Virus record (IMG/VR): IMGVR_UViG_3300021476_000001 | Location: 1-64,000 of that record | Source of the DNA: a virus | Direction: 5' to 3' (one strand) | Length of the DNA stretch: 64,000 nucleotides | In this document: positions 36,888 to 46,343 of the stretch, piece after piece | Layout of the letters: each line of letters begins with the position of its first letter | Numbering within the stretch: the stretch's first letter is position 1 | Translations under genes and position numbers: made by a program | The notes under the pieces: generated by a model | Told to the model about the DNA's origin: nothing | Seen by the model: only the letters and a program-made list of their open reading frames with translations | Database searches by the model: none

Positions 36888-38102
36888 ATGCCAGTTCAGC
36901 AGCAGATGAGTTCGTTTGCTGAAAGACTTGGTGGTCGAGTCTCTCAAGCAAATCAGGAGACAGCAAACAAACCTATCAACACAGGAAGCCGACAACTCCC
37001 ACCTGGTATCAAAATGGGACTTGCAAAGATTTCGGCGCTTTACACGAAGAAACAAACAGAGGACAAAAAGAAGATTCCATTGGGTGAAACATTCTTCCGA
37101 GTGAGTGCAACTGTGTTGGGTAGGATAGTAAATGGACAACTTGATGAAACACATGGTGGGAATAAGATTTCAGGGTTGGTAACCCAGGGAATAATACCAC
37201 TTTGTGATACCCCTGAGGGGTATCGTCGGTTTCTCGGTATTGGGAAGAACAAAACATTTGTGGAGAATTGGGATGACTTTAGGAGCGTGTTTGGAATGCT
37301 TGGTGTAGCCCCTTGTCAGGAGACACTAGCAACCGACCCAACTGGAGCACGTACTGAAGCCTACTTCATGGCCGCTATGAAAACTCTTAATGAGAGTGCA
37401 AAGTCTGGTAACCCCTTGTACATTTTGTTTGAGACACGTGCCTACACTCCTCCAAGGTCACCAACTAATCCGAATCCACAAGAGATGGTGTTTGAGACAT
37501 GGACTGGTCGTGCACAATGGAATGGTCAAGTTGATCCTACAGCAGCAGTAACGACAACTCAGCCTGAGCCAATGACTGTACCCCCTGGACAGAGTCAGTT
37601 ACCACAAATTCCTTCGTCGCCACAGGAGCCAGAGGATAGGGCTGAGTTGATTGCAGCACTTGTTGAGATTGCAATGAGTGACCCTCAAGGTGCAACAGAG
37701 AACGGGGCTAGTGCATCTACTCAACTTGAGGAGTTGGCTTGGGCAGTTGGGTGGACACAGAAGCAGACTGCCGCTGCAATAGACTGGGCAGCGGTTGGAG
37801 ACTTGGCACTGAATCCTCCACCAGCAAACTCTACACCTGAAGCTACTCCGACGACTGCTCCTGTCGTCACACCTGTTGGGGTTCCTGTGGTTGGAATGAA
37901 GTATAAGTTTGCTAAGCGCACCACAACAGGGGAGAAGTTGAAGGACTCTAATGGAAAAGAGTTCCCTCCGCAGAGTGTGACAGTCATAGCTGTGGACGCC
38001 GCTGCAAGGACTTGCATACTTAGGTCCGACAGGGATGGTAAGGAGGTGGTTGACATTCGCACTAAGAAGCCAACGCAGGTAAAGTTTGAGTGGCTTGAGT
38101 AG
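36888..38102 (+). CDS. hypothetical protein (Pro/Thr-rich linker, C-terminal small beta domain) flanked by two tRNAs
   Basis: ATG 36888 (MPVQQQM) is preceded by aggag. The listed ORF start 36819 lies only about 30 nt downstream of the tRNA, in promoter-like sequence. Confidence 0.55.
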   Translation: MPVQQQMSSFAERLGGRVSQANQETANKPINTGSRQLPPGIKMGLAKISALYTKKQTEDKKKIPLGETFFRVSATVLGRIVNGQLDETHGGNKISGLVTQGIIPLCDTPEGYRRFLGIGKNKTFVENWDDFRSVFGMLGVAPCQETLATDPTGARTEAYFMAAMKTLNESAKSGNPLYILFETRAYTPPRSPTNPNPQEMVFETWTGRAQWNGQVDPTAAVTTTQPEPMTVPPGQSQLPQIPSSPQEPEDRAELIAALVEIAMSDPQGATENGASASTQLEELAWAVGWTQKQTAAAIDWAAVGDLALNPPPANSTPEATPTTAPVVTPVGVPVVGMKYKFAKRTTTGEKLKDSNGKEFPPQSVTVIAVDAAARTCILRSDRDGKEVVDIRTKKPTQVKFEWLE

Positions 38103-38172
38103 TTGCCATCCCAGGGTGCCTGTAACCGTAAGGAACAGGGCGCTTTCCCTAGCGTGTAATCACCCTGGCTCT

Positions 38173-38244
38173 AGGCGCTTAGCTCAGAGGTAGAGCAGGA
38201 GACTCATAGTCTCTTGGTCGCTGGTTCGACCCCAGCAGTGCCTA
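38173..38244 (+). tRNA. tRNA with CAT anticodon, tRNA-Ile2 (lysidine)-like body
   Basis: Hand-folded cloverleaf. Acceptor aggcgct/agtgcct (one G:U pair), D arm gctc-agaggta-gagc, anticodon arm ggaga-ctcatag-tctct. Variable loop tggtc, T arm gctgg-ttcgacc-ccagc, discriminator a. 72 nt. Confidence 0.75.
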
Positions 38245-38377
38245 CTATGCCAGCCTCAAATAGAGTAGGACAACCAAGGAAGACACCGGTGTAAGAAGTA
38301 GTACATGGAGAGTGTACTATAAGATTGGGTTACAAAACTTGGTCTGGGCCATCAGCTTGCAAGGTAAGGAGTTAACT

Positions 38378-38566
38378 ATGCCGGTTTCAAATAGGACAAA
38401 GTTACTACTGAGTCAAACATTATTTCCAGAGAGGTATAAGGAGAGACAGTTAGAACATAAACAGTGTATCGCATGTGATGGAACTGGGAAGAATAGTAAG
38501 GGTGGAGACTGTGTAGTATGCACTGAGACCAGTGAGCATAGAAGGTTACAGACAAGGATAAACTAA
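38378..38566 (+). CDS. small zinc-ribbon protein
   Basis: ATG 38378 (MPVSNRT) follows aaggag. Contains CIACDGTG..CVVC. Confidence 0.45.
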   Translation: MPVSNRTKLLLSQTLFPERYKERQLEHKQCIACDGTGKNSKGGDCVVCTETSEHRRLQTRIN

Positions 38567-38567
38567 G

Positions 38568-40748
38568 GTGATTATATCACTCGATACAGAGTGTACTGGT
38601 CTTGACTTCGCACATGGGGCGATGCCATTTCTTGTGACTACGTGTGCAAACGACGGGACCATTAGATTTTGGGAGTGGGATGTAGACCCACTAACCCGCA
38701 AGCCTGACATACCTAGTGAAGACATTTCTGACATTGCAGAGCTAATCGACGCAGCGGACCTAATCTACTTTCAGAACTCTAAGTATGATATAAGAGCGCT
38801 GCTGTCTATAGGACTACAAGTCCCTTGGGATAAGGTTCGTGATACTTTAGTGATGGGACACCTATTAGCCTCTAACCACCGACACAACTTAACTGATATG
38901 TGTCTTGAGTATCTTGGTGTAGACATCGAGCCGTTTGAGTTAAAAGTTAAAGAGATAACACAAGCTGCTCGATCAATAGCTAAGTCTGATTACCCTACTT
39001 GGCTTATTGCTAAAGAGGGTGCAAACGGTATGCCGTCAGTAAAAGAAAGTTCAAAGCGAGATGGAGACAAGCCTTGGAAGAATGATATGTGGCTTCCAAG
39101 AGCATATATAAGGCTAACTGACTGGAAGGTAACTAACCCTGATTGGCTTGACGCTTGCTCTAAATATGCCAATGCTGACTCAGAGTATACCCTTTATCTT
39201 GGTTTAGAGATGGAGAAATATATAGCTCAAAGAGGACTTTGGAAGATATATGAACATAGAATAAATCTTCCACGTATAGCTTCTGAGATGGAATGTTATG
39301 GCTTGACAGCTATAGGAGACTATACAGAATCTACAATTCAGCAGTATAGTGAGTATAGTGCTGAATCAGAAGCGGAGTTAGTTTCTATCGCTGCTGAGTA
39401 TGGACACCACTTAGAACTGGCAGATGGACCTGCAACCAACGACAATATGCGTGATTTCTTCTATGGCTCAGTTACTCAATCGTGTACATACTGTAACTAT
39501 ACTAAAAGGATTAAACATTGGAACGGTGAAGAAGCGAATGGAGAAGTGTGTCCTAAGTGCCTAAGTCGTAAGAAGGGATCATCAAGACGACGATTAGGGA
39601 CAACTAGAAGGGATAACTTAAAACTGCCTATAATATACGGTAGTAAAACAGGAAATGCTTCATTAGACAAAGACGCAATGCAAGAGTACTTGACTACACT
39701 AGACGGACAAGCTCCTGACTTCGTTAGGCTACTTACCGATAAACGTAAGCACGAGACTGATTTAAGTTATATGAAGGCATACCAGCGCTTTTGGGTTCCT
39801 GTAGTTGGATCGCCAGGTCACTATCGTATACATGCAAGTCTAAACCCATGTGCAACGGACCACCTTCGTTGGGCTAGTAACAACCCTAACCTACAAAACG
39901 TAGGTAAGCAAGAGGATGAATGGCGTCTATCGGTTCGCAATTGTTTTGGTCCAGCGCCAGGACGCGAATGGTGGTCGATGGACTTCCAAAACATAGAGCT
40001 ACGTATTCCAGGCTATGAGTCTGGTGAAAAGTCAATGGTTGAGGTGTTTGAGAAGCCTAATGAACCACCATACTGGGGTTCTTATCACAACTTGATAGCA
40101 AGTATAGTTTACTCTATAGAATACTTTGAAAGAGACTTGCATCTAACAAGAGACGGATTTAAGAAGAAGTATAAGGCAACTCTCTATCAATGGATTAAGA
40201 ACTTCAACTTTGCTAAACAGTATGGTTGTGGTAAAAGGAAGGGTGATGCTACTGCTCGAAAGGCTGGAGCGTTTGACCTTGTGGATCAAGGACTTCCTAA
40301 GTTGGCATCACTCCAAGCTTACTACCTTCTAAAAGCAGAGAAGACTGGGTATGTAGAGACGCTGCCAGATAGAACTGTAGACTCTCAACGTGGGTATCCT
40401 ATACTCGCAAGTAGGACTGAAGATAATAGAATACTTAGTACAACCCCTTTTAACTATCACGTGTCAGGAACAGCCTGTTGGTGTAAAAATCAGGCACTTA
40501 TAAGGTGTTCGGATCGACTTAGACAGTGGCGCGAGAGTGAGGACTTTGACGGTCATATAGCGCTTGAGATTCACGACGAGATCATATTTGACTTCCCTGG
40601 TGGAGATGGACCAGGTAAGAATATGGACCGTGCTCTAGTTCTTAAAGGGTTAATGGAGCAGAGTGGTGAGGACTTACTTCCAAGGATACCTACACCAGTG
40701 TCGGTGGAGTATCACAGTAGAACTTGGGCTGAAGGAGTTGGAGTCTAA
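38568..40748 (+). CDS. family A DNA polymerase with 3'-5' exonuclease domain
   Basis: Exo motifs are ISLDTECTG, FQNSKYDIRAL and YANADSEY. Pol motifs are NNPNLQNV, WSMDFQNIELRI (A), KNFNFAKQYGCG (B) and ALEIHDEIIFD (C). GTG start. Confidence 0.85.
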   Translation: MIISLDTECTGLDFAHGAMPFLVTTCANDGTIRFWEWDVDPLTRKPDIPSEDISDIAELIDAADLIYFQNSKYDIRALLSIGLQVPWDKVRDTLVMGHLLASNHRHNLTDMCLEYLGVDIEPFELKVKEITQAARSIAKSDYPTWLIAKEGANGMPSVKESSKRDGDKPWKNDMWLPRAYIRLTDWKVTNPDWLDACSKYANADSEYTLYLGLEMEKYIAQRGLWKIYEHRINLPRIASEMECYGLTAIGDYTESTIQQYSEYSAESEAELVSIAAEYGHHLELADGPATNDNMRDFFYGSVTQSCTYCNYTKRIKHWNGEEANGEVCPKCLSRKKGSSRRRLGTTRRDNLKLPIIYGSKTGNASLDKDAMQEYLTTLDGQAPDFVRLLTDKRKHETDLSYMKAYQRFWVPVVGSPGHYRIHASLNPCATDHLRWASNNPNLQNVGKQEDEWRLSVRNCFGPAPGREWWSMDFQNIELRIPGYESGEKSMVEVFEKPNEPPYWGSYHNLIASIVYSIEYFERDLHLTRDGFKKKYKATLYQWIKNFNFAKQYGCGKRKGDATARKAGAFDLVDQGLPKLASLQAYYLLKAEKTGYVETLPDRTVDSQRGYPILASRTEDNRILSTTPFNYHVSGTACWCKNQALIRCSDRLRQWRESEDFDGHIALEIHDEIIFDFPGGDGPGKNMDRALVLKGLMEQSGEDLLPRIPTPVSVEYHSRTWAEGVGV

Positions 40749-42955
40749 TGCCAGTCGCTAATAGACAACAGCGGCAGACCACTCCAGATAGACTGCGCCC
40801 GTTCATGTTCCACGGACTTGACCTGAACGTGCGTGGGAGTCATGCAACTGGAGATTGTCTATCCTGTGGACGAGAGGGAAAGCTCTCAGTAGAGGTGGAG
40901 ACTGGAGTCTGGCAGTGCTTCGTTTGTAACACAAAAGGTAACGGACTGGTATTCACTAGATTGCTTTATGAGAAGGCAGCTGAGTCAAAATCTGACGCAG
41001 GAGCATTCCATACTGCTGTTGCTAAGGACCGCAGACTTATATCCCCTGCAACTGTAGCAGCTTGGGGGATCTGTAAGGACGGTGAAGGCTCTTGGTTAGT
41101 GCCTGGGTATGGGGTAGATGGAAAGTTGGATCAAGTCTATCGTAGAATGAAGATACAAGAAAGAGATCAGTGGGTGTGGAGACTACTACCTACACCTGGA
41201 ATATGGCCGGAGGGTAAAGTTCATGCACTCTACCTAGTGCCAACAGACTTCGATCCTAACAGACCTAATCTAGTTATATGTGAGGGACCGTGGGATGCAA
41301 TGGCGCTTTGGGAAGTGTGGAATAGATTGGATAAGACTACTAATATAATAGGTGTACCGGGGTGTAATATCTGGCGTGATGACTGGACAGGTCTATGTCG
41401 TAAGAAGTGTGTTACACTTCTATTCGACTCAGATCATCCAAGAATAAATGGCAAGTCCAAGTCTAGAGCTGGATATGACGGAATGAAGAGAGTAGCAAAC
41501 AAGATAAGTGGAGTGGCCTCCTCACTTCGTTACTTAGTATGGGGACAAGACGGGTATGATCCTGAGAAGCCAAGTGGATGGGATGTACGAGACCACCTAA
41601 GCGCTGTTACAGGGACAGATAGAACGCCAGCTCTTAGAAGCCTATTCGACATGATACAGGAAGTACCTAAAGACTGGTTTAGTCCTAATACTAACATATC
41701 GTCTAATGGGCAACTACATCAGGGAGGTTTAGAGTCTAAGCCTTGTAGCACATGGACTAAGTGTCTAGAGGCTTGGCAGGGTGCAATGCAATGGCGACAG
41801 GACTTGTCGGATGCCCTGGCGACTCTATTTGCTGTATGTGCTTCAACGCAACAAGGTGGGAATCAGCTCTTCCTCCACTTGGTAGGCTCTGCTGGCTCAG
41901 GTAAGTCGACTATGTGTGACGGGTTGTTAGTATCCCAACACTGCCACAATCTAGAGCACTTAACTGGATTCCATAGCGGTTGGAGATTGGCAAACGATCA
42001 AGGTAAAGACTGCTCACTCATAGCTCGTATCAATGGTAAGACTCTAATAACACCTGAGGGTGATGTGATGATGTCGTCACCCAGGTTCAAAGAGATTATG
42101 AGTCAACAGCGGCGTATATTTGATGGAAAGAGTGGGACAACCTTTAAGAATACAGATAAGGATATAGTGTATGCCGGTCTTAGAACACCTTGGATTATGG
42201 CTCTAACACCGGCAATGATGGATCACGACCAGTCACATCTAGGGGACAGGTTTCTGCGCTTTGTTATAGCGGACCCACCAGAGAACGAAAAGCGGGATAT
42301 AGTCCGGAGAGCACTAAGGTCTGAAAGAATGGCAATGGTTGACCGCTCAAACGGTACGGCTGGATCAGTGTTAGACGCTAAGACTAGACTAGCCTATACA
42401 CTTACAGGTGGATATGTAGACTGGCTAAGGTCTAACACTGAGGAGAAATTAGGTCTAATAGATATAACAGAAGACGTTGAAGACTACTGCATAGACTTGG
42501 CAGAGCTGTCTGCTGATCTACGTGCGAGACCTAATGAAGATAGTAGAAAGCACAATATATATGAGTGTAAGGAGCTACCAACTAGATTGGCACGCCAGAA
42601 CATACGGCTAGCAGGCTGTCTCGCAGTAGTACTCAACAAAGGGACCATAAGTACTAATATACTTTCTATCATCCGTAAGATAGCATTAGATACAGCTATG
42701 GGACATAGTCTTAATATAGTAAAGTGGCTTTGCTCCCCGAACCCGAAGGCTGGATATAGACTATATCAGGAGACAGGTGGACTAATGATTCGGACACTAG
42801 AGATGTGGACTGGTATGTCAAACGAGAGACTTCAGCGCTACTTAGCGTTCCTGCGCAAGATAGATGTGCTAAAGTGGGAGCAAGTTAGGCAGACAGACGG
42901 GACATGGTTGCTTACAGATCGGGTGTATAGTCTCTACTTGAGGGTGATAAAGTGA
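40748..42955 (+). CDS. bifunctional DNA primase (zinc finger + TOPRIM) / P-loop helicase
   Basis: CLSCGREGK..CFVCNTKGNG is the zinc finger. LVICEGPWDAMALWE and LLFDSDHP are TOPRIM acidic motifs. HLVGSAGSGKSTMC is Walker A. Confidence 0.75.
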   Translation: MPVANRQQRQTTPDRLRPFMFHGLDLNVRGSHATGDCLSCGREGKLSVEVETGVWQCFVCNTKGNGLVFTRLLYEKAAESKSDAGAFHTAVAKDRRLISPATVAAWGICKDGEGSWLVPGYGVDGKLDQVYRRMKIQERDQWVWRLLPTPGIWPEGKVHALYLVPTDFDPNRPNLVICEGPWDAMALWEVWNRLDKTTNIIGVPGCNIWRDDWTGLCRKKCVTLLFDSDHPRINGKSKSRAGYDGMKRVANKISGVASSLRYLVWGQDGYDPEKPSGWDVRDHLSAVTGTDRTPALRSLFDMIQEVPKDWFSPNTNISSNGQLHQGGLESKPCSTWTKCLEAWQGAMQWRQDLSDALATLFAVCASTQQGGNQLFLHLVGSAGSGKSTMCDGLLVSQHCHNLEHLTGFHSGWRLANDQGKDCSLIARINGKTLITPEGDVMMSSPRFKEIMSQQRRIFDGKSGTTFKNTDKDIVYAGLRTPWIMALTPAMMDHDQSHLGDRFLRFVIADPPENEKRDIVRRALRSERMAMVDRSNGTAGSVLDAKTRLAYTLTGGYVDWLRSNTEEKLGLIDITEDVEDYCIDLAELSADLRARPNEDSRKHNIYECKELPTRLARQNIRLAGCLAVVLNKGTISTNILSIIRKIALDTAMGHSLNIVKWLCSPNPKAGYRLYQETGGLMIRTLEMWTGMSNERLQRYLAFLRKIDVLKWEQVRQTDGTWLLTDRVYSLYLRVIK

Positions 42956-43134
42956 GTGAAGACAGGAAGGTAGACTCTGGAGTAATGGATACTACTACAG
43001 TAGGTTGTAAGAACTGTAAAGTGCTGTGGGATGAGTTAAGAGAAGTCAAAAAGGAGATAGGGAGGTTAAAAAACTATGCCAATTTCCTCGAAAAGGAACG
43101 TAAGAGACTGCTTAACGCCCTACTGGAAATCTGA
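42952..43134 (+). CDS. hypothetical small coiled-coil protein
   Basis: GTG start overlaps the primase stop (GTGA). It overlaps the listed start of the next gene, so one of the two starts is uncertain. Confidence 0.35.
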   Translation: MSEDRKVDSGVMDTTTVGCKNCKVLWDELREVKKEIGRLKNYANFLEKERKRLLNALLEI

Positions 43135-44347
43135 GTGTGGCTGTGCTGTGGTGTATATAGGGGACTGTCTAGATGTTATGGCACATTTAGAACCTAATCA
43201 GTTCCACGCCATAATTACAGACCCTCCATACAACCTTTCGTTTATGGGTAAAGACTGGGACTCTTATAAAGACCCTCATCTCTTTCAAAAGTGGTTTAAG
43301 GAGCGGACTGATGAGATGCTTAGAGTGGCTAAGCCTGGAGCACATTTACTGTCATTTGGTGGTACTAGGACGTGGCATCGTATGACTTGTGCTATAGAAG
43401 ACACTGGATTTAAGATTAGAGACTGCCTAATGTGGTTATGCTCTACAGGCTTTCCAAAGGGGACAGATGTATCAAAGGATATTGACAAGGAGTACGGAGT
43501 TAAAAGAGAGATTACTGGAACTGTTCAATCAGAGTCTTCACAGACTAGACAGATACAAGACGGGAAAGCTATGAGGTTTAACCCATTCGGAAATATGGAG
43601 CAGATAAGTGGAGTAGAAGCTAAGGCTAGAAGTGGAATTAGATATGACATTCCTGTAACAGAAGACGCCCAAAGATGGCAGGGGTGGAATACAGCGCTTA
43701 AACCTGCATGGGAACCTATAGTTGTTGCTAGGAAGGAACTTATTAAGAATGTAGCATACAACTCGATAGAGAACCATTGTGGTGGTATGAACGTAGACAC
43801 TTGTAGAGTCGGAACAACAGGAGCGGTTATTGAGAGAAATGGTGAGACTGCTAGGAAAAGCTCAGGCTCAGGTATTTATTGCTTCAATAGAGAAGGGGAT
43901 ACCTCGATGCACGGGAGCTTAGCTAAATTCACAAAGGATGGGCGCTACCCTGCTAATTTAATACATGACGGGTGTTTACCTGATGAGATTGCAAGGTTCT
44001 TCTACTCAGCGAAAGCAGGAGGGAGTGATAGACCACATGGCAGAATAGACTCACATCCAGCAGTAAAGCCACTTGATCTAATGCGCTACTTGGTCAAACT
44101 GGTCTGCCTTCCTGGCACTATAATACTAGACCCATTTATGGGTTCAGGAAGCACAGGCTGTGCTGCAATAGAAGAAGACGTGCACTTCGTCGGTATAGAA
44201 CAGTTACAAAGCTATGCCGACAAAGCTATAGGTAGACTTAAACTGTCATTGGAGAAGAGAGGAGATAAGGAGTTCCCAGCACTTCCTACTAAAGTGCAAC
44301 ATCCAGTGAAGTCGGTTATGTCAACAAAGAGGTTTAGAGGACTTTAG
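43076..44347 (+). CDS. DNA N6-adenine/N4-cytosine methyltransferase (DPPY, beta-class motif order)
   Basis: YIGDCLDVMAHL..FHAIITDPPYNLSF is motif IV near the N-terminus. ILDPFMGSGSTGCAAIEE is motif I near the C-terminus. The start could be a downstream GTG (about 43147). Confidence 0.75.
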   Translation: MPISSKRNVRDCLTPYWKSECGCAVVYIGDCLDVMAHLEPNQFHAIITDPPYNLSFMGKDWDSYKDPHLFQKWFKERTDEMLRVAKPGAHLLSFGGTRTWHRMTCAIEDTGFKIRDCLMWLCSTGFPKGTDVSKDIDKEYGVKREITGTVQSESSQTRQIQDGKAMRFNPFGNMEQISGVEAKARSGIRYDIPVTEDAQRWQGWNTALKPAWEPIVVARKELIKNVAYNSIENHCGGMNVDTCRVGTTGAVIERNGETARKSSGSGIYCFNREGDTSMHGSLAKFTKDGRYPANLIHDGCLPDEIARFFYSAKAGGSDRPHGRIDSHPAVKPLDLMRYLVKLVCLPGTIILDPFMGSGSTGCAAIEEDVHFVGIEQLQSYADKAIGRLKLSLEKRGDKEFPALPTKVQHPVKSVMSTKRFRGL

Positions 44348-44365
44348 AAAGGAGATGTAAGAACT

Positions 44366-44788
44366 ATGCCCACTTCAAATCATGCTTATGCTAGGTTGCG
44401 AACACCTCAAGCTCGTGTGATGGCAGCTCTCATTATAGAGGGTATGGACTTATCCGCAGAGCATGAGTGTCCTCTAGTTACTAGAGCACAACTACACGTT
44501 AAAGCTGGATATACTGCTGTTAGTGGGAGTATCACGAGAGCGCTGAACGGGATCAAACCCGGTAGTAGCTCTGGTAATCCACAGATTGGGTTGCTTGCGA
44601 TGAAGATGGTGGAGGAAGTTGTTCTCGATATTGAAGGTGTAAAAGAGATCAACTACAGGGCAACTGCTAAAGGGGTAGCTGCTTATAAAGAGTTCGTGAG
44701 GTCTCATGGTGGAAGATTGCCGAAGCATAGACCTATAGACATTAGCACGAACAATCGGTATAAGAAACAACCTTCTGGGACGTCCTAG
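44366..44788 (+). CDS. hypothetical protein, possibly winged-helix DNA-binding
   Basis: RBS aaaggag lies upstream of ATG 44366. No firm motif. Confidence 0.45.
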   Translation: MPTSNHAYARLRTPQARVMAALIIEGMDLSAEHECPLVTRAQLHVKAGYTAVSGSITRALNGIKPGSSSGNPQIGLLAMKMVEEVVLDIEGVKEINYRATAKGVAAYKEFVRSHGGRLPKHRPIDISTNNRYKKQPSGTS

Positions 44789-44890
44789 CCGCTTGCAGGG
44801 ATGGCCGCCAGCCCGCCCACGTCGCCCGTAGCCGCGTCCTGGCGGGGTAGGTAGGGCTACCCTACCGGGGCTGGATAGCTAGCGGCAGAA
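44786..44890. other. GC-rich intergenic island C
   Basis: A GC-rich gap after 44788 with hairpin ggtaggg-cta-ccctacc (44850-44866). It shares gccgcgtcctggc (44831-44843) with 50503-50515. Confidence 0.5.
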
Positions 44891-45054
44891 TCAATCGTAG
44901 GCGATTCTAGGGTACAACTGGGAGTTCCATGACAAGCACTAGATGTAAAACTTTATTCTGATTGGCACGGGATTTGCATGATCTACCTAATTGGCATTCC
45001 GCATGTAGCGGAATGATACAGAGTTGCCTAAACCTACAAAAAGGGGAGACTGGT

Positions 45055-45315
45055 ATGAATGAGAAAGTGAATAAGGCTGATGAGTCGGAGTACTCCCAGC
45101 TGTGTGATTCCATTATCAATGGACCGTGCGGCTTCTGTCATGCCAAAGTCATGCAGGGGGAGAAGCATGGAGATGGATGTCCAATGAGCCAAGAACTTAG
45201 TCAGGCAGACCAGTTCAATAAGCTTCAGTGCTATATTGGAGTAGAAAAAGACTACATCATTCTGGACTTCTCAGATGGTAGTCGAGTGAAAGAACTTATT
45301 AACTGGCGTGCCTAG
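45055..45315 (+). CDS. hypothetical small Cys-rich protein
   Basis: ATG 45055 is preceded by aaaggggagactgg. Contains CGFCHAK..HGDGC. Confidence 0.45.
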   Translation: MNEKVNKADESEYSQLCDSIINGPCGFCHAKVMQGEKHGDGCPMSQELSQADQFNKLQCYIGVEKDYIILDFSDGSRVKELINWRA

Positions 45316-45377
45316 CAGAGTATTGGTTTCTCGTGTGACGCGTTTAATGCTATCGTCAATGCTCCAGAAAGGGGTGT

Positions 45378-45409
45378 AGTATGAAGGTTGAGGGCAACAT
45401 GCGTCATGG
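45378..45409 (+). repeat. gene-start cassette copy 1a (partner 46585-46616)
   Basis: agtatgaaggttgagggcaacatgcgtcatgg matches the partner at 31 of 32 positions. It spans the start codon and the first 9 codons (MKVEGNMRHG). Confidence 0.9.
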
Positions 45410-45596
45410 ACAGGATGAGAAGACTTTCCAAGACGGGGTTGAAGTTGATTTGATCATCTTCGATCAGAACGGTCTCGACGCACCATTTGGCGTACACATC
45501 AGTGCGTATGATGGTACGACTATCACAGCATGGGTTAAACTTTCAGACCTCCTTGCTATGATTGGTGAGACAGTTAAGATTGCGGAGAATACTTGA
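45381..45596 (+). CDS. hypothetical small protein (MKVEGNMRHG N-terminus)
   Basis: RBS aaagggg lies upstream. The first 10 residues are identical to those of the 46588 gene. Confidence 0.5.
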   Translation: MKVEGNMRHGQDEKTFQDGVEVDLIIFDQNGLDAPFGVHISAYDGTTITAWVKLSDLLAMIGETVKIAENT

Positions 45597-45820
45597 TGAA
45601 CAACGTTATGACGGTCGGAAAGCTTCTAGAGTTTTTGAAGTCGCTTCCGAAGAACGCGCCTTTTGTGTTCTTTGAACTCGACGAGTTCCACAGTGAACAC
45701 TTTATCTACAATGCAAAACTCATTGTGGGTGACGGAGCCACTGTACTTGCTCTTTCAGGACAGGAGGTGTCAGACTTGTACTTGGAGGAGGAGTCATGTG
45801 AATTAGGCTTGATCGAGTAG
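45596..45820 (+). CDS. hypothetical small protein
   Basis: ATG 45596 overlaps the upstream stop (TGATG). Confidence 0.45.
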   Translation: MNNVMTVGKLLEFLKSLPKNAPFVFFELDEFHSEHFIYNAKLIVGDGATVLALSGQEVSDLYLEEESCELGLIE

Positions 45821-45833
45821 ATAGGACCTTCTA

Positions 45834-45863
45834 ACTCGAACTTGCAAAGAAGGGAGACTGAGA
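45834..45863 (+). repeat. gene-start cassette copy 2a (partner 46314-46343)
   Basis: actcgaacttgcaaagaagggagactgaga matches the partner at 28 of 30 positions. It contains the Shine-Dalgarno sequence aagggag. Confidence 0.9.
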
Positions 45864-45865
45864 AA

Positions 45866-46114
45866 ATGCCGAAACTATATCCAGTCTATCACTTTAATGA
45901 CAGCATGGTGATGGCAAGAGTGTGTCTAGCCTTACACACAAGACTACATAGACAAGGACGCAAGTGGTCGCTGTATCAAGTTGCAAGGCACATAGACAAG
46001 ACAGTGATACATGAGATCCAAGACAACATGTTTCACGTATACCACTTCCAAGACGGGTCAGCCGTTCTGACTACATTAAGTCGTAGATATCAGCAGGTAT
46101 GGATTCAACACTAG
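45866..46114 (+). CDS. hypothetical small protein
   Basis: ATG 45866 (MPKLYPV) follows directly after cassette 2a. Confidence 0.45.
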   Translation: MPKLYPVYHFNDSMVMARVCLALHTRLHRQGRKWSLYQVARHIDKTVIHEIQDNMFHVYHFQDGSAVLTTLSRRYQQVWIQH

Positions 46115-46123
46115 AGGGGTTTT

Positions 46124-46327
46124 ATGACTATGTGGGATTGTCTCCGTATAGAAACTCTAGTTACAGTCCTTATCGACTTGGTGGACCTCTCTACAGCACC
46201 ATATTTTACTCAAGAAGTGGATGAGATATGGAGGCAATTAGTTAGGAGAGCTGGTAGCACTGATGTAGAGAAACTGATACGTAATGAGTTGCTACGACGT
46301 AGCAAGAAATCACACTCGAACTTATAA
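46124..46327 (+). CDS. hypothetical small protein
   Basis: RBS agagggg lies upstream. Its 3' end contains the first half of cassette 2b. Confidence 0.45.
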   Translation: MTMWDCLRIETLVTVLIDLVDLSTAPYFTQEVDEIWRQLVRRAGSTDVEKLIRNELLRRSKKSHSNL

Positions 46328-46343
46328 AGAAGGGAGACTGAGA
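46314..46343 (+). repeat. gene-start cassette copy 2b
   Basis: actcgaacttataaagaagggagactgaga lies immediately upstream of ATG 46343. Confidence 0.9.

Noticed and set aside
38111-38168. Long-range stem ccagggtg (38111-38118) / caccctgg (38161-38168) just upstream of the second tRNA, considered as a terminator or riboswitch
   Set aside because: It has no T-run and no recognisable riboswitch core. It may help tRNA processing or be fortuitous, and the support is not enough for a feature call.
44831-44843. Exact 13-mer gccgcgtcctggc shared by 44831-44843 and 50503-50515 as proof of a repeat family
   Set aside because: Exact 13-mer coincidences are expected by chance somewhere in 64 kb. It is reported only as supporting detail, because both copies fall in the small GC-rich intergenic fraction.
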